Below are positions 36,393-46,466 of a DNA stretch of 64,000 nt, in pieces. The stretch is from an uncultured Spirochaetaceae bacterium (GTDB lineage: Bacteria; Myxococcota_A; UBA9160; UBA4427), in NCBI GenBank assembly GCA_964488255.1, contig CAZAUR010000001.1, positions 195,244-259,243 of the forward strand. The letters are read 5' to 3'. Below the pieces are notes generated by a model, which saw only the letters and a program-made list of their open reading frames with translations, did not search any database and had not been told where the DNA came from. Made by a program: the position numbers and the translations under genes. Each line of letters starts with the position of its first letter. Within the stretch, counting starts at the first letter, position 1.

Positions 36393-36859
36393 TTTCGGGT
36401 GTCCTCGAGCCAATCGGGCATGTCGATCGGCGGGTTCGGCAGACGCTTCGCGTTCTTCTCGGCGAGGAGCTTCTCGAAGCCTTCGGTGTCCGCCGGGAAC
36501 GAGCGCGGATCGCCCATCATGACTTCGAAGAGCTCGACGCCGTCGGGGCCGGCCACGAAGGGACCGAACGCGGCGCCCTGCTCGAGGGTGATGTGCATGC
36601 CGGGCGTGCACTCGACGTCGCCGCAGGTCATCGAGCCCGCGATCACGTAGACCACGTGCTCGCTGTTGTGCCCGTGCTCGTGGATCATCATGCCCGGGTC
36701 CCACTTGGCGTAGAGGGAAAGGCACTTGTCGCTGAACTCGAGCCACTTCTCACGCACGTAGACCGGGCCTGTCGGGAGTTCGATCGCGCGGACACTCTGC
36801 CACTTCTCGTCGTCGAGGTGGCGGAACTTCACGCGGGGCTCGTTGGATTCTTCGGACAT
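36389..36859 (-). CDS. Cupin-domain protein
   Basis: MMIHEHGHNSEHVVYVIAG motif. ATG at 36859 with an AGGAGGA SD. Confidence 0.75.
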   Translation of the reverse strand: MSEESNEPRVKFRHLDDEKWQSVRAIELPTGPVYVREKWLEFSDKCLSLYAKWDPGMMIHEHGHNSEHVVYVIAGSMTCGDVECTPGMHITLEQGAAFGPFVAGPDGVELFEVMMGDPRSFPADTEGFEKLLAEKNAKRLPNPPIDMPDWLEDTRN

Positions 36860-36885
36860 GACTCCTCCTGAGGGGCTCCGGCGGT

Positions 36886-37713
36886 TCAGGCGACCTTTTC
36901 GCCGGCGATGGTGACGCGATTCATCACGCGTCGGGTGTGATAGTCGGGGACGGCGAAGTGCTGCGCGGTCCGGTTGTCCCAGAACGCGACCGAGTGCGTG
37001 TCCCAGGTGAACCGACACTGGAACTCCGGCGACCGGATGTGATCCATCAGCATCGGCAGCAGCGCATCGTTCTCCCGCTCGCTGAGGCCGACGATGTGCG
37101 TCGTCGAGTTGCGGTTCACGAAGAGCGCCTTGGCGCTCGTGACCGGATGCGTGCGCACGACCGGATGCTCGACCGGAGGCCACTTCGCCTGGATCTCGGC
37201 CAGATCGACATCCGCGTGGCCCGCCGCGATCCCCTTCACGAGCGGCTTCGTGATGTCGTGGACTGCGGTCAATCCCTCGACGAGGCGCTGGATCGGGGGG
37301 GAGAGTGCTTCGTAGGCGGCGACGGCGCTCGCGAAGCAGGTGTCGCCGCCGACCTCCGGAATCTGCACCGCGCGCAGGATCGAGCCCATCGGCGGCTCGG
37401 CCATGAACGTGTTGTCGGAGTGCCACTCGTCCGCGCCTTCGCCGCGGGGATGGGTCTGATCGAGGACGATGTACTCGGGGTTCGTGCCGTATTTAGGGGC
37501 GAAGGGTGGATAGCTGATCGGGCCGAACTGCTTGGCGAACGCAACCTGCTGCTCCGGCGTGATGTCCTGGTCGCGGAAGAAGAGCACGTGGTGCCGGAGG
37601 AGGGCGTCGAGGATCGCGTCGCGCACCTCCTCGCCGAGGGGCTCGCGCAGGTCGACGCCCTCGACCTTCGCGCCGATCGTCGTCGTCACCGGTCGGATCG
37701 CGAGCCGAGTCAC
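36886..37713 (-). CDS. TauD/TfdA-family Fe(II)/2-oxoglutarate dioxygenase
   Basis: WHSDNTF (H-x-D), the distal His in HIVGL/DTHS and an R near the C-terminus. GTG at 37713 with a GGGAGG SD. Confidence 0.9.
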   Translation of the reverse strand: MTRLAIRPVTTTIGAKVEGVDLREPLGEEVRDAILDALLRHHVLFFRDQDITPEQQVAFAKQFGPISYPPFAPKYGTNPEYIVLDQTHPRGEGADEWHSDNTFMAEPPMGSILRAVQIPEVGGDTCFASAVAAYEALSPPIQRLVEGLTAVHDITKPLVKGIAAGHADVDLAEIQAKWPPVEHPVVRTHPVTSAKALFVNRNSTTHIVGLSERENDALLPMLMDHIRSPEFQCRFTWDTHSVAFWDNRTAQHFAVPDYHTRRVMNRVTIAGEKVA

Positions 37714-37795
37714 GACGACACCTCCCGTCCTACGTGTTCATTTCGTCGCATCCGTCTTCTCCTGCCGGGCGAGCGCCCGATCGATCGAGGTGGGC

Positions 37796-38317
37796 CTAAC
37801 GCCCGCCGGCCGCGGCGCTCCGCTCGGCGACGCGACGCTCGAAGAGCTCGAGCAGCTCGCCGAGGCTCTTGTCGGCGGCGGTGACCTGGTGCGCGGTGAG
37901 GGGTGCCATCAGGCTCGTCGTTCCGGCCAGAAAGGCATGGAAGACGCGGTCCTGGAGCGAGCGGCCGCGGTCCGTGAGCGTCACGCGCATCCCGCGACCG
38001 TCGTCCGGGTCGGGCGAACGCGTCACGTAGCCAGATTCTTCGAGGCGCTTCAGGATCTTCGTCATGCCGCCCGAGGAGCGACGCAGCCGACTGTAGAGCT
38101 GGCTCGGCTTGAGCGTGTAGGGCGGGCCGCCACGGCGGAGCGCCGCGAGCACGCCGTAGCCCGAGGGGGTCAGGTCGAAGGGCTCGAGTACGTCGTGCTG
38201 GAAGGCATCGAGGAGGACGCCGAGCCGCGCGAGGCGCACGAGGAGCGGGAGGTTCGCGACGTCGAGGTCGCCGTACTCCGTTTCCCAGCCGCGCGTGAAG
38301 TCGTCGAACCAGTCCAT
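37796..38317 (-). CDS. MarR-family transcriptional regulator
   Basis: Winged-helix core LTPSGYGVLAAL...LYSRLRRSSGGMTKILKRLEESGYVTR..DPDDGR. The ATG at 38317 has GGAG 9 nt upstream (alternative ATG at 38359). Confidence 0.85.
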   Translation of the reverse strand: MDWFDDFTRGWETEYGDLDVANLPLLVRLARLGVLLDAFQHDVLEPFDLTPSGYGVLAALRRGGPPYTLKPSQLYSRLRRSSGGMTKILKRLEESGYVTRSPDPDDGRGMRVTLTDRGRSLQDRVFHAFLAGTTSLMAPLTAHQVTAADKSLGELLELFERRVAERSAAAGGR

Positions 38318-38362
38318 GGTCGGGGGCTCCGAGGAGGCTCGGTCCGAGACTAGCTGCATCGA

Positions 38363-38380
38363 TAGCTTTCTGGCAAGCTA
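38363..38380. promoter_or_regulatory. Palindromic operator candidate upstream of the MarR gene
   Basis: TAGCTT-tctggc-AAGCTA, with perfect 6-bp arms, 46 nt upstream of the preferred MarR start. Confidence 0.35.
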
Positions 38381-38433
38381 AAAAACTGTGCGTGGCGAGG
38401 GCGGGGACGGGGGAGCGCCCGGAGCCGGTCCGC

Positions 38434-38916
38434 TCAGGGAGTGATGCGGATCATCGCGCCGACGACCTGGCGCCCGAACGCCATCGGATCCCCGGCCTCG
38501 ATGCGATTCCGGGTCTCCCACACGACCTCGAACTCGACGCCCTCGGTCAGCGGCCGGGTCAGCGCGACCCGGCTATCGATGTGCCGGTCGAAGCGGAGCC
38601 CCGGACCCGCGTGCGCCACGTGCGGGGCCGCGAGGTGGTCGGGCCGGGTCCGGAAGTGGCTGTAGTTCGCGTCGAAGCGCGCGCGGATCCGGAACGGGAA
38701 GTCGATGAACGCGAGCCCCTGCGCCCGCCAGTCGTGATTCGGCTGGAAGAGCGGCCCCTCGAAGGGCTGACGGATCAGCTCGAGGAAGCGGTCGGCGGGC
38801 TCGAAGGTCGGCTCCTCGCCCATCGCCGCGGTGGCGGCGAAGAACGTCAGGCAGAGCACGGCGACCCCACGACGCACGGCGCCGGCGGTCGATGTCGAGC
38901 GGGGGGAGCGGGACAT
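38434..38916 (-). CDS. Secreted hypothetical protein
   Basis: The ATG at 38916 is followed by a signal-like VAVLCLTFFAATAAMG. The composition is coding-like. No family was recognised. Confidence 0.5.
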   Translation of the reverse strand: MSRSPRSTSTAGAVRRGVAVLCLTFFAATAAMGEEPTFEPADRFLELIRQPFEGPLFQPNHDWRAQGLAFIDFPFRIRARFDANYSHFRTRPDHLAAPHVAHAGPGLRFDRHIDSRVALTRPLTEGVEFEVVWETRNRIEAGDPMAFGRQVVGAMIRITP

Positions 38917-39103
38917 CAGGCGGCTCTTCGGGCGGATGGGGAGAACGCCTGAGTGATCGGCATCAGCTCGCCGTGGTCGTGAGCGGCACCGGCGCACTCT
39001 GCTGGCATGGCACGGGTCGGCTGCGGGCGTGTTGCTGCCCGGCGCCCGGGAAGCGGGCGCGCGTCAAGTGCGCTCTGCAGTCTACGCCCTAGACTTGCCG
39101 GCC

Positions 39104-40084
39104 ATGAAAGCCATCCTGATCGAAGAGCCCGGGGACGAGGACTGCATGCAGCTCGGTGACGCACCTTTGCCGGAGATCCGGCCCGGTGCGCTGCGGATCG
39201 AGAACCATGCGGCGGGGGTCAATCGCGCGGACCTGATGCAGCGGCGTGGCCTCTACCCGCCGCCGCCCGGGAGCTCGCCGCTGCTCGGTCTCGAGTGCGC
39301 CGGGGTCGTGACCGAGCTGGGCGAGGGCGTGACCGGCTTCGCGCCCGGCGATCGCGTGATGGCGCTCCTGCCCGGCGGAGGGTACGCGGAGGACGTCGTC
39401 GTCGACGCCGGCTCCGCGATCGCGCTGCCCGACGCACTCTCGTTCCACGAAGGCGCCGGACTGACGGAGACGCTGCTCACGGTCTACCTGAACGTGTGGC
39501 GCCTCGGCGGCCTGCCCGGCGGGGGCAGCGTCCTCGTGCACGGCGGGGGCAGCGGGATCGGCACCACGACGATCGACCTCGTGAAGCGCGCCGGCGGAAA
39601 GGTGATCGCGACCGCGGGCAGCGCGGACAAGTGCAATCGCTGCCTCGAGGTCGGCGCGGACGCCGTCGCGAACTATCGCGAAGACGACTGGGTCGCCGTC
39701 GCGAAGGAAGCGACCGATGGGCGTGGAGTGGACGTCGTACTCGACTCGATCGGCGCGGCCTATCTCGAGGGCAACCTGAACGCCCTGGCGAACGATGGCG
39801 CCCTCGTGCTCATCGGCCTGATGGGCGGCGCCAAGGCGGAGCTGAATCTCGGCGCGCTGCTCTCTCGGCGACTCAAGGTCTTCGGCTCGACCCTCCGCAC
39901 GCGCAGCAACGAGGAGAAGGCCGCCATCGTGCGCGACTTCCTGGAGCGCTTCGGGGCGGATCTCGCGGACGGAAAGATCCGGCCGATCCTGCACCAGGTG
40001 TTCCCGCTGGCGAAAGCGCCCGAGGCCCATCGCACACTCCAGGCGAGCACGCATTTCGGCAAGTTGGTGCTGGCCGTTCGTTAG
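39104..40084 (+). CDS. NAD(P)H:quinone oxidoreductase, zeta-crystallin/PIG3 type (MDR superfamily)
   Basis: AAGVNRADLMQRRGLYPPPPG and VLVHGGGSGIGTTTI motifs. ATG at 39104. Confidence 0.9.
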   Translation: MKAILIEEPGDEDCMQLGDAPLPEIRPGALRIENHAAGVNRADLMQRRGLYPPPPGSSPLLGLECAGVVTELGEGVTGFAPGDRVMALLPGGGYAEDVVVDAGSAIALPDALSFHEGAGLTETLLTVYLNVWRLGGLPGGGSVLVHGGGSGIGTTTIDLVKRAGGKVIATAGSADKCNRCLEVGADAVANYREDDWVAVAKEATDGRGVDVVLDSIGAAYLEGNLNALANDGALVLIGLMGGAKAELNLGALLSRRLKVFGSTLRTRSNEEKAAIVRDFLERFGADLADGKIRPILHQVFPLAKAPEAHRTLQASTHFGKLVLAVR

Positions 40085-40105
40085 GCGGGGGGGCCTCGTG
40101 CGGGC

Positions 40106-41905
40106 TCAGCTCGCGATCGCGGTCTGCGCGCCGATCAGCTCCGCATAGACACCGCCGCGCGCGAGCAGATCCGCGTGGGTGCCGGTCTCGGCGATGCGTC
40201 CGTCCTCGAGCACGACGATTCGGTCGGCCTGTTGGATGGTCGAGAGACGATGCGCGACGAGGAAGATCGTGCGCTCGCCCCGCAGACCGTCGATCGCGGC
40301 CTGGACCGCGCGTTCGGTCCGGGCGTCGAGGGCGCTCGTCGCTTCGTCGAACACCAGGATGGAAGCGTCGGCCAGGATCGCCCGGGCGATCGTGACCCGC
40401 TGGCGCTGGCCTCCGGAGAGGCGAAGGCCGAACTCGCCGGCGAGGGTGTCGTAGCCCTCGGGCAGGTCCTCGATGAACTCGGCCGCGGAAGCCGCCCGCG
40501 CGGCTGCACGCACCTCGTCGTCCGTCGCGTCCGGCCGTCCGTAGCGGATGTTCTCCATGAGCGAGACGTCGAAGAGGAAGGGCTCCTGGGTGACGAGCGC
40601 GACGTGTTCGAGGAACGACGCCCGCTCGAGGTCGCGCACGTCCGTGCCGTCGATCTCGATCGCGCCGCGTGTCGGATCGTGGAACCTCAGCACGAGGTCG
40701 ACGAGGGTCGATTTGCCCGTGCCCGTGCGGCCGACGATCGCGACGACCTCGCCGCGCGCGACCTCGAGGTCGATGCCGTCGAGGACAGGCGCACCCCCGT
40801 AGTCGAAGGCGACGTCCCGAAAGCGGATGGTGTCGGCGAGGCCGGTCATCGGTCGCGCCTCGGGGCGATCCGCGAGCTCTTCGTTCAGGTCGAGCACGTC
40901 GAAGAGTCGCCCGGCACTCCCCGCCGCCTCGAGCATGCGGGGAACGGCCTGGATCAGGGTCTTGAGGGGCTTGAAGGCGAGCAAGAGCACCGCGCTGAAA
41001 GCGATGAGGCTACCCGGGGTCAGTCCGTCGATGTCGTTGATGACGGCCCAACCGCCGACGCCGAGCACGATCGCGGCGACGATCGGCCACAGCGCCTCGC
41101 CCGTGGCCTTCACCAACGCGCCGTTCTTGACCACCTTCATGTGGCGGCGAAAGTACTTGTCGGTCTCGCGATCGTAGGCCGCTCGCTCGACGTCCTCGCC
41201 GCGGAACGCCTTGATCACCTTGATGCCGGAGAGGATCGCGATCAGGTGATCCGAGAGCTGGCCCTGGGTCTCCTGGCGTCGGGTCGCGACGTCGAGGATG
41301 CGACCCATGAAGAGCGACACGAGCAGGTAGAAGGGCGGCACCGCCAGCAGCACGACCAGCGTGAGCGAGACGTTGATCCACAGCATCATGGCGACCGCGA
41401 TCACGATCATCTCGACGTGCAGGATCACGTCCTTGTAGAAGAGGGTGACCACCTGGCAGGCGATCTGCGCATCGGCCATCGAGCGGGACAGGAAGTCGCC
41501 GCTCGAGCCCTCGCGAAAGGTCTGCAGCGGTACGCGCAGCAGCTTGCGGGCGATCGCGATGTCGACTCGCTGGCGAACCCGCGCGGCCACCCACTCCGCC
41601 AGGTAGCTGCGCCCGAGGACGGCGAGCGGCGAGACGATCAGGGTCAGGGCCACCAACCAGGCGATCGGGCCGAGCCCGGCCGTCACTTCCTCGAGGCCGA
41701 TCTCGCCGCGGAGGAAGGGCAGCAGGACGTCGTCGAGCAGCGGTTCGGCCAGGGAGACCCGCACGAAGGCCGCTCCGGCCACGAGTGCGCCGAACACGAC
41801 GACGAGCAGCACCTGCCCTCCGTCCTCCCGCGACAAGGCGAGGAGCCGGCGCAACGAGCGCCCGGCGGACGGCTTCTCGGACGCGTCGGCGGCGGAGGGA
41901 GTCAT
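40106..41905 (-). CDS. ABC exporter, fused permease/ATPase (MsbA-like)
   Basis: Six-TM N-domain, then Walker [10 protein letters not shown], signature LSGGQRQR and Walker [13 protein letters not shown]. The ATG at 41905 was verified. Confidence 0.9.
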   Translation of the reverse strand: MTPSAADASEKPSAGRSLRRLLALSREDGGQVLLVVVFGALVAGAAFVRVSLAEPLLDDVLLPFLRGEIGLEEVTAGLGPIAWLVALTLIVSPLAVLGRSYLAEWVAARVRQRVDIAIARKLLRVPLQTFREGSSGDFLSRSMADAQIACQVVTLFYKDVILHVEMIVIAVAMMLWINVSLTLVVLLAVPPFYLLVSLFMGRILDVATRRQETQGQLSDHLIAILSGIKVIKAFRGEDVERAAYDRETDKYFRRHMKVVKNGALVKATGEALWPIVAAIVLGVGGWAVINDIDGLTPGSLIAFSAVLLLAFKPLKTLIQAVPRMLEAAGSAGRLFDVLDLNEELADRPEARPMTGLADTIRFRDVAFDYGGAPVLDGIDLEVARGEVVAIVGRTGTGKSTLVDLVLRFHDPTRGAIEIDGTDVRDLERASFLEHVALVTQEPFLFDVSLMENIRYGRPDATDDEVRAAARAASAAEFIEDLPEGYDTLAGEFGLRLSGGQRQRVTIARAILADASILVFDEATSALDARTERAVQAAIDGLRGERTIFLVAHRLSTIQQADRIVVLEDGRIAETGTHADLLARGGVYAELIGAQTAIAS

Positions 41906-42177
41906 GGAGGTCGGCACCTGCGGCGTGGGTTCCCGTCGGTCGGGCGCGAGGTCCGGGCCTGCGTCGCCGATCGCTCGTGGGCGGGGGCGACGGGAGGGTC
42001 GCAGGTCGGCGGCGCGGCGGCCAATCCGCACGATGGAAAGCGCGTTTTCCGCCGCTGTGGCCGCGACTTGCGCGGATTCTCCGCTACGCTCGGCCGCCCC
42101 GAGGACCCGGGCCCAACGCTCGCTCGGAAGTCAGCCCGATCAAGCGATCGAGAAGCGATCAAGACAGGAGAGCCATC

Positions 42178-42615
42178 ATGGCCGTGGAACGCACCTTCGC
42201 CATCATCAAGCCCGACGCCGTCCGCAAGAAGGTCGCCGGCCAGATCCTCAACCGCATCGAAGAGGCGGGTCTCGAGATCGTCGCGATGAAGAAGATGCAG
42301 CTGACGGAGCAGGGTGCGCAGGGCTTCTACGCCGTGCACAAGGAGCGCCCCTTCTTCAACGACCTGGTCGCCTTCATGACCTCCGGCCCGGTCGTCGCGC
42401 TGATCCTCGAAGGCGAGGGGGCGATCAAGCAGTGGCGCGACCTGATGGGACCGACCAACTCCAACGAAGCCCCCGCCGGCACCATGCGCGGCGACTTCGG
42501 CACCGACGTCGAGCAGAACGCCACCCACGGCTCCGACGCCCCCGAGACCGCCAAGCTCGAGACCACCTACTTCTTCAACGCCAGCGAGATCCTCTCTCCG
42601 TCGGAAGCGCTGTAG
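42178..42615 (+). CDS. ndk: Nucleoside diphosphate kinase
   Basis: [12 protein letters not shown]...NATHGSD (active-site His). AGGAGA SD. Confidence 0.95.
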   Translation: MAVERTFAIIKPDAVRKKVAGQILNRIEEAGLEIVAMKKMQLTEQGAQGFYAVHKERPFFNDLVAFMTSGPVVALILEGEGAIKQWRDLMGPTNSNEAPAGTMRGDFGTDVEQNATHGSDAPETAKLETTYFFNASEILSPSEAL

Positions 42616-42670
42616 CGCTTCCTCTCGAAGCGTCCCTTACTCGGGGACGCTTCTTGCGCTGAAGGCTCCG
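42614..42670 (-). repeat. REP-like element (locus C)
   Basis: The minus strand reads CGGAGCCTTCAGCGCAAGAAGCGTCCC-cgagtaa-GGGACGCTTCGAGAGGAAGCGCT. It starts at the ndk stop codon. Confidence 0.85.
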
Positions 42671-42822
42671 TAGCTGGAGACCGCTGGCGCTCGGGCTTCG
42701 CGGCGGTCGCCCTGAACGGCGTCCCTGAGCTCGAAGGCGATTCTTCGCAATGGGCGTCGCGGAAGGGGCTTGGCGCGACGAATGCGCCCGGGCGGCCCCC
42801 GGCCGCAAAAGCGGTGGCTGAG

Positions 42823-42912
42823 CTAGGAGCTCAAGCCCTTCGCCATCAACACCAGCAGTCCGAAGTAGGTGACAGTGAGCCAGAGCTGGTGGGAGCGCAA
42901 GGCGCGGGTCAT
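42823..42912 (-). CDS. Possible 29-aa hydrophobic small protein
   Basis: MTRALRSHQLWLTVTYFGLLVLMAKGLSS. 26 of 28 third positions are G/C. The SD is weak (GGAAG). Confidence 0.3.
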   Translation of the reverse strand: MTRALRSHQLWLTVTYFGLLVLMAKGLSS

Positions 42913-43089
42913 TCGGTTCTTCCGTTTCGTGGAATCGGGCGCTCGATCGGGGGGGCGGGGACTCGGGACTTCGCCGGGCCCTCTCTGTACATCGAACGGG
43001 AGGCGCGGGACTTGAGACCCGCGCGGAGGTTCGCTGGTTCCGGGGCAGACGTCTGTGTCGAAAGTCACTGGATCGGACGATCTCGCACT

Positions 43090-43896
43090 CTATCGGCCCT
43101 CGAATCGGGGGGCGCGCTTCTCGCGAATCGCCGCCAGGCCCTCGTGCGCGTCCCGGGATTCGAAGTTGCGGGCCTGTTCAGTGGCCTCGAACTGCAGCTG
43201 GTCCTCCAGGGAGGTGGCCTCGCTCCGGCGGAGGGCCTGCTTGACCGCACGGACCGCGAGGGGCGCGTTGGCGGCGATCTCGGCCGCTGCGGCCTGCGCG
43301 GCGTCGAGCACCTCTTCCCGGGCCATCGCCCGGTTCGCCAGCCCGACCCGGACCGCCTCGTCGCCGTCTACCAGGCGGCTCGTGTAGAGAAGCTCCGCCG
43401 CGAGCGCGGGCCCGACCAATCGAGGCAGGCTCCAGGTCGCTGCCATCCCCGGATGGACGCCGACCCGGGTGAAGTTGAGGCCGAGCTTCGCTTCGTGCGC
43501 TGCGTATCGGAAGTCGCAGCCGAGGGCGACGCAGAAGCCCGCGCCGATCGCCGCGCCGTTCAGGGCTGCGATCGTGGGACACGACAGGTCCCGGATCGAC
43601 AGGAAGAGGCGATAGAAGCTGCTCATCTCGTCCCGGATGCTCCGCCAGGCCTGGCCGGGGGCCGCGGCGCCGGCGTCCGCCTGGGCCTGAAGCATGTCGA
43701 GGTCGCCGCCCGCCGAGAAGGCGCGGCCGACGCCCGTCAGGACGACGGCCCGGATCGACTCGTCGAGGGCCAGGCGGCCGACCACGTCGCGGAACGCGAG
43801 GCCCATCTCGCGACTCATCGCGTTCAGCTTGTCGGGATCGTTGAACTGGAGGGTGACGACGTCGCCGTCGCGGGATTCGAGGATCAGGTCGGACAT
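43090..43896 (-). CDS. Enoyl-CoA hydratase/isomerase family protein
   Basis: Crotonase fold motifs VVLTGVGRAFSAGGDL and NGAAIGAG. Confidence 0.9.
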   Translation of the reverse strand: MSDLILESRDGDVVTLQFNDPDKLNAMSREMGLAFRDVVGRLALDESIRAVVLTGVGRAFSAGGDLDMLQAQADAGAAAPGQAWRSIRDEMSSFYRLFLSIRDLSCPTIAALNGAAIGAGFCVALGCDFRYAAHEAKLGLNFTRVGVHPGMAATWSLPRLVGPALAAELLYTSRLVDGDEAVRVGLANRAMAREEVLDAAQAAAAEIAANAPLAVRAVKQALRRSEATSLEDQLQFEATEQARNFESRDAHEGLAAIREKRAPRFEGR

Positions 43897-43939
43897 GTGC
43901 GGCTCCTGGGCGGTGTCGAGACAGGGAAGGGGTGGGGAC

Positions 43940-46333
43940 TCAGAAGGTGAGGGTCCAGACGCCCTTCACGAGGAATTCGCTCCGGGCGAGGTTCGGGCGG
44001 TCATTGCCGGTGTCGACGTTCTGGTTCACGACGACGAAGAATTCCCGGCCGTCGCGGAGGATGTAGCGGAAGCGGCTGTTCACGCCCGCGGAGTCGCTGC
44101 GGTTGTCGTACTGGATGAAATTGGACCAGACGACGTTCGGCGAGAAGAGGATATCGGCCTTGATCCGGACCAGCTGGGTGTCGCGGTCGTTTCGATCGGG
44201 ATCGCCGCCTGCGATCGCGCGGCGCTTGGGCACGTCGATGTCGCGGAATTCGTACTCGACTTCGAAGAAGAAGAAGTGGGAGGGGCGGAACTCGAAGTCG
44301 ACGTCGACGCGCGTGCGCGTGCCGTCGAAGAAGGTGCCCCAGCCGACCTCCACCTCGAGCTGGAGCGGGCGGTTCCGGCTCGTGAAGAAGCGCGCCGCCG
44401 CTTCGTAGAACGTGTACGTGCCGGAGGGGACGGTCACGTTCGGAATCCGGTCGGTGGGCCGCACGAGCTCGTGCCGGACGCGGAACCGGACATCGAACCC
44501 GTCGTCGATGGGTGTGGTGAACTCGAGCGGGACGAAGCGGACGTTCACCGTCTCGAGCTGGTTGCCGGAATCGACGAGGACCTGCGCGAAGACTTCGCTG
44601 TCGATGGTGCGGAACGGGCCGTTCTCGGGGCGAACGCGATAGCGGAACGAATTGAACCAGTGACGGATGTCGTTGCGGTTCACGAAACCGACCCGAGGCG
44701 CGTAGTCCTCCTGGAGCTCCTCGAAGCCGACCAGAATGTTGAACCGGTCGTTCGGGTACTCGAGCTTGATGCCGTAGCCGTTGGTGCGACCCGCACTCAG
44801 GTGGTTGTCGTCGATGCTCTTCGCCCACCAGAGGCTGGCGCGCACGGTCTGGCCGCTGCCGCGAAAATTCGTGTTGCGGTAGAGGAAGTCCGTGCCGACC
44901 GTCGTCGAGTTGCGGCCGCCGCCGGTCATCGTCGTCTCGTCGTAGGCGCGGCCGCGACTCGGGTTGTTGGCGCCGCTTCCGTCGGGATTGCCGCGGGTCA
45001 CGATCACACCGAGGGTCGATTCGCCGAGGACGTTGAGCGCAGCGCGGCCCACGAAGAGGTTGCGCGCGTCGATGTCGTTGGCGTCCTCGATGTACGTGTT
45101 GAGGAGGCCGAATTTCACGGGGCCGGCGCGCCCGGTCAGCTTTCCGCCGCCTAGGATCCGCGCAGGGCCGCCGCCGGCGGTGCGGTTCCCGGCGTTGAAC
45201 CCGATCTTTCGGGAGAAGAAGGGGCGGCCGTTCTGGCTGATGTCGCCGAAGTCGAAGATCAGCCCGTCTTCCAGGAAGAAGTCGCGCTTCTCCGGGAAGA
45301 AGAGGGCGAAGCGGTCGTCCTGGATCTGGATGTCGTCGACCTCGACCTGGCCGAAGTCGGTGTTCGCGGTGACCGACGCGGTCACCGAGGGAAGGACCTT
45401 GTAGTAGCCGTCGAAGGTCGGGTCGAACTCGAAGCGATCCTCTACGCCGCGCTCGTCGCGGCGGCGGATCGTCATGCCGGGGGTCAGCTCGAAGCCGAGG
45501 CCCTGGTCCAACCCCCGAATGCCTTCGAGGGTCCCTGCGACGCCCATCGAGCTGATGAAATTCTGGGGCTGCCAGTCCGACCAGCGCGCGCTCTCGTCGT
45601 TGCGCCGGATGCCGCGCTCGAAGTTGATGCCCCAGGCGTCGACCTCGGGGTCGAAGCCGATCGAGGAGAACGGGATCGCGAACTCCGCGGTCCAACCCTT
45701 CTCGTCGATCGACGTCTCGACGTACCAGATGGTGTCCCAGCTGATCTCGAAGTTCTCCGCCTCGAGGAGGACGTCGTGGCGCATCGCGTTCGGGTTGGTC
45801 TGGAAGAAGTAGCCGTTGCGCCTGGTGTTGAACGTGTCGAGGGAGAAGCCGACGCGGTCGTCCCAGAACGGGAAGCTGTCGCGCTGCTTGCGGTTTCGGA
45901 CGATCTCGTCGGGGTTCGTGTCCCAACAACGGAAGCCGACGTAGAGGGTCCTGCCGTCGGTGACGACCCGGATCTCGGTCTTCTGGGAGGGCGTGTCGCC
46001 CGGAACCGGCAGGACCTGGGTGAGCTGGTCGACGAGGCCGCCGTCCATCCAGCCCGGGTCGTCCATCACGCCGTCGATCACGGGGGGCTGGTGGGTCCAT
46101 CCGAGCTGCACGCGGAAGTCGGCGGGGCCCGGCAGGGTCTCGATCGGCGCGGGCTGGAGCTCGGCGGGGGCTTCGGCCGGCTGAGCGGCAGCCGACGAGG
46201 AGGCCAGGGCGGCGAGCGCCGCGAGCGCCAAGCGCGCGAGCTCGAACGCGACGGTCTCCCTCGCGCTCCTCGCGCAAGGGGGGGGTCGCGGGCCGCGTCG
46301 CGGCGTCGCGCAGGACTGGCTGGGCCGGATCAT
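43940..46333 (-). CDS. Outer-membrane protein with CBM9-like N-domain (DUF5916 family)
   Basis: Signal peptide, IDGVMDDPGW (CBM9-like), a long beta-rich C-domain, and a terminal ...GVWTLTF typical of OMP beta-barrels. The ATG at 46333 was verified. Confidence 0.8.
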   Translation of the reverse strand: MIRPSQSCATPRRGPRPPPCARSARETVAFELARLALAALAALASSSAAAQPAEAPAELQPAPIETLPGPADFRVQLGWTHQPPVIDGVMDDPGWMDGGLVDQLTQVLPVPGDTPSQKTEIRVVTDGRTLYVGFRCWDTNPDEIVRNRKQRDSFPFWDDRVGFSLDTFNTRRNGYFFQTNPNAMRHDVLLEAENFEISWDTIWYVETSIDEKGWTAEFAIPFSSIGFDPEVDAWGINFERGIRRNDESARWSDWQPQNFISSMGVAGTLEGIRGLDQGLGFELTPGMTIRRRDERGVEDRFEFDPTFDGYYKVLPSVTASVTANTDFGQVEVDDIQIQDDRFALFFPEKRDFFLEDGLIFDFGDISQNGRPFFSRKIGFNAGNRTAGGGPARILGGGKLTGRAGPVKFGLLNTYIEDANDIDARNLFVGRAALNVLGESTLGVIVTRGNPDGSGANNPSRGRAYDETTMTGGGRNSTTVGTDFLYRNTNFRGSGQTVRASLWWAKSIDDNHLSAGRTNGYGIKLEYPNDRFNILVGFEELQEDYAPRVGFVNRNDIRHWFNSFRYRVRPENGPFRTIDSEVFAQVLVDSGNQLETVNVRFVPLEFTTPIDDGFDVRFRVRHELVRPTDRIPNVTVPSGTYTFYEAAARFFTSRNRPLQLEVEVGWGTFFDGTRTRVDVDFEFRPSHFFFFEVEYEFRDIDVPKRRAIAGGDPDRNDRDTQLVRIKADILFSPNVVWSNFIQYDNRSDSAGVNSRFRYILRDGREFFVVVNQNVDTGNDRPNLARSEFLVKGVWTLTF

Positions 46334-46466
46334 CTCTGGACTCTCGGGAGGGTCGGCGCCGGGGTCGGGCCGGCGCGCAGGATAGGAGCTTCGCCGAGGG
46401 CTCGCATGGCACGCTGCGTGTGGTTGGGCCAAGGTCGAGGTGCGAGATGAGGAACCCGGAGGCCAC

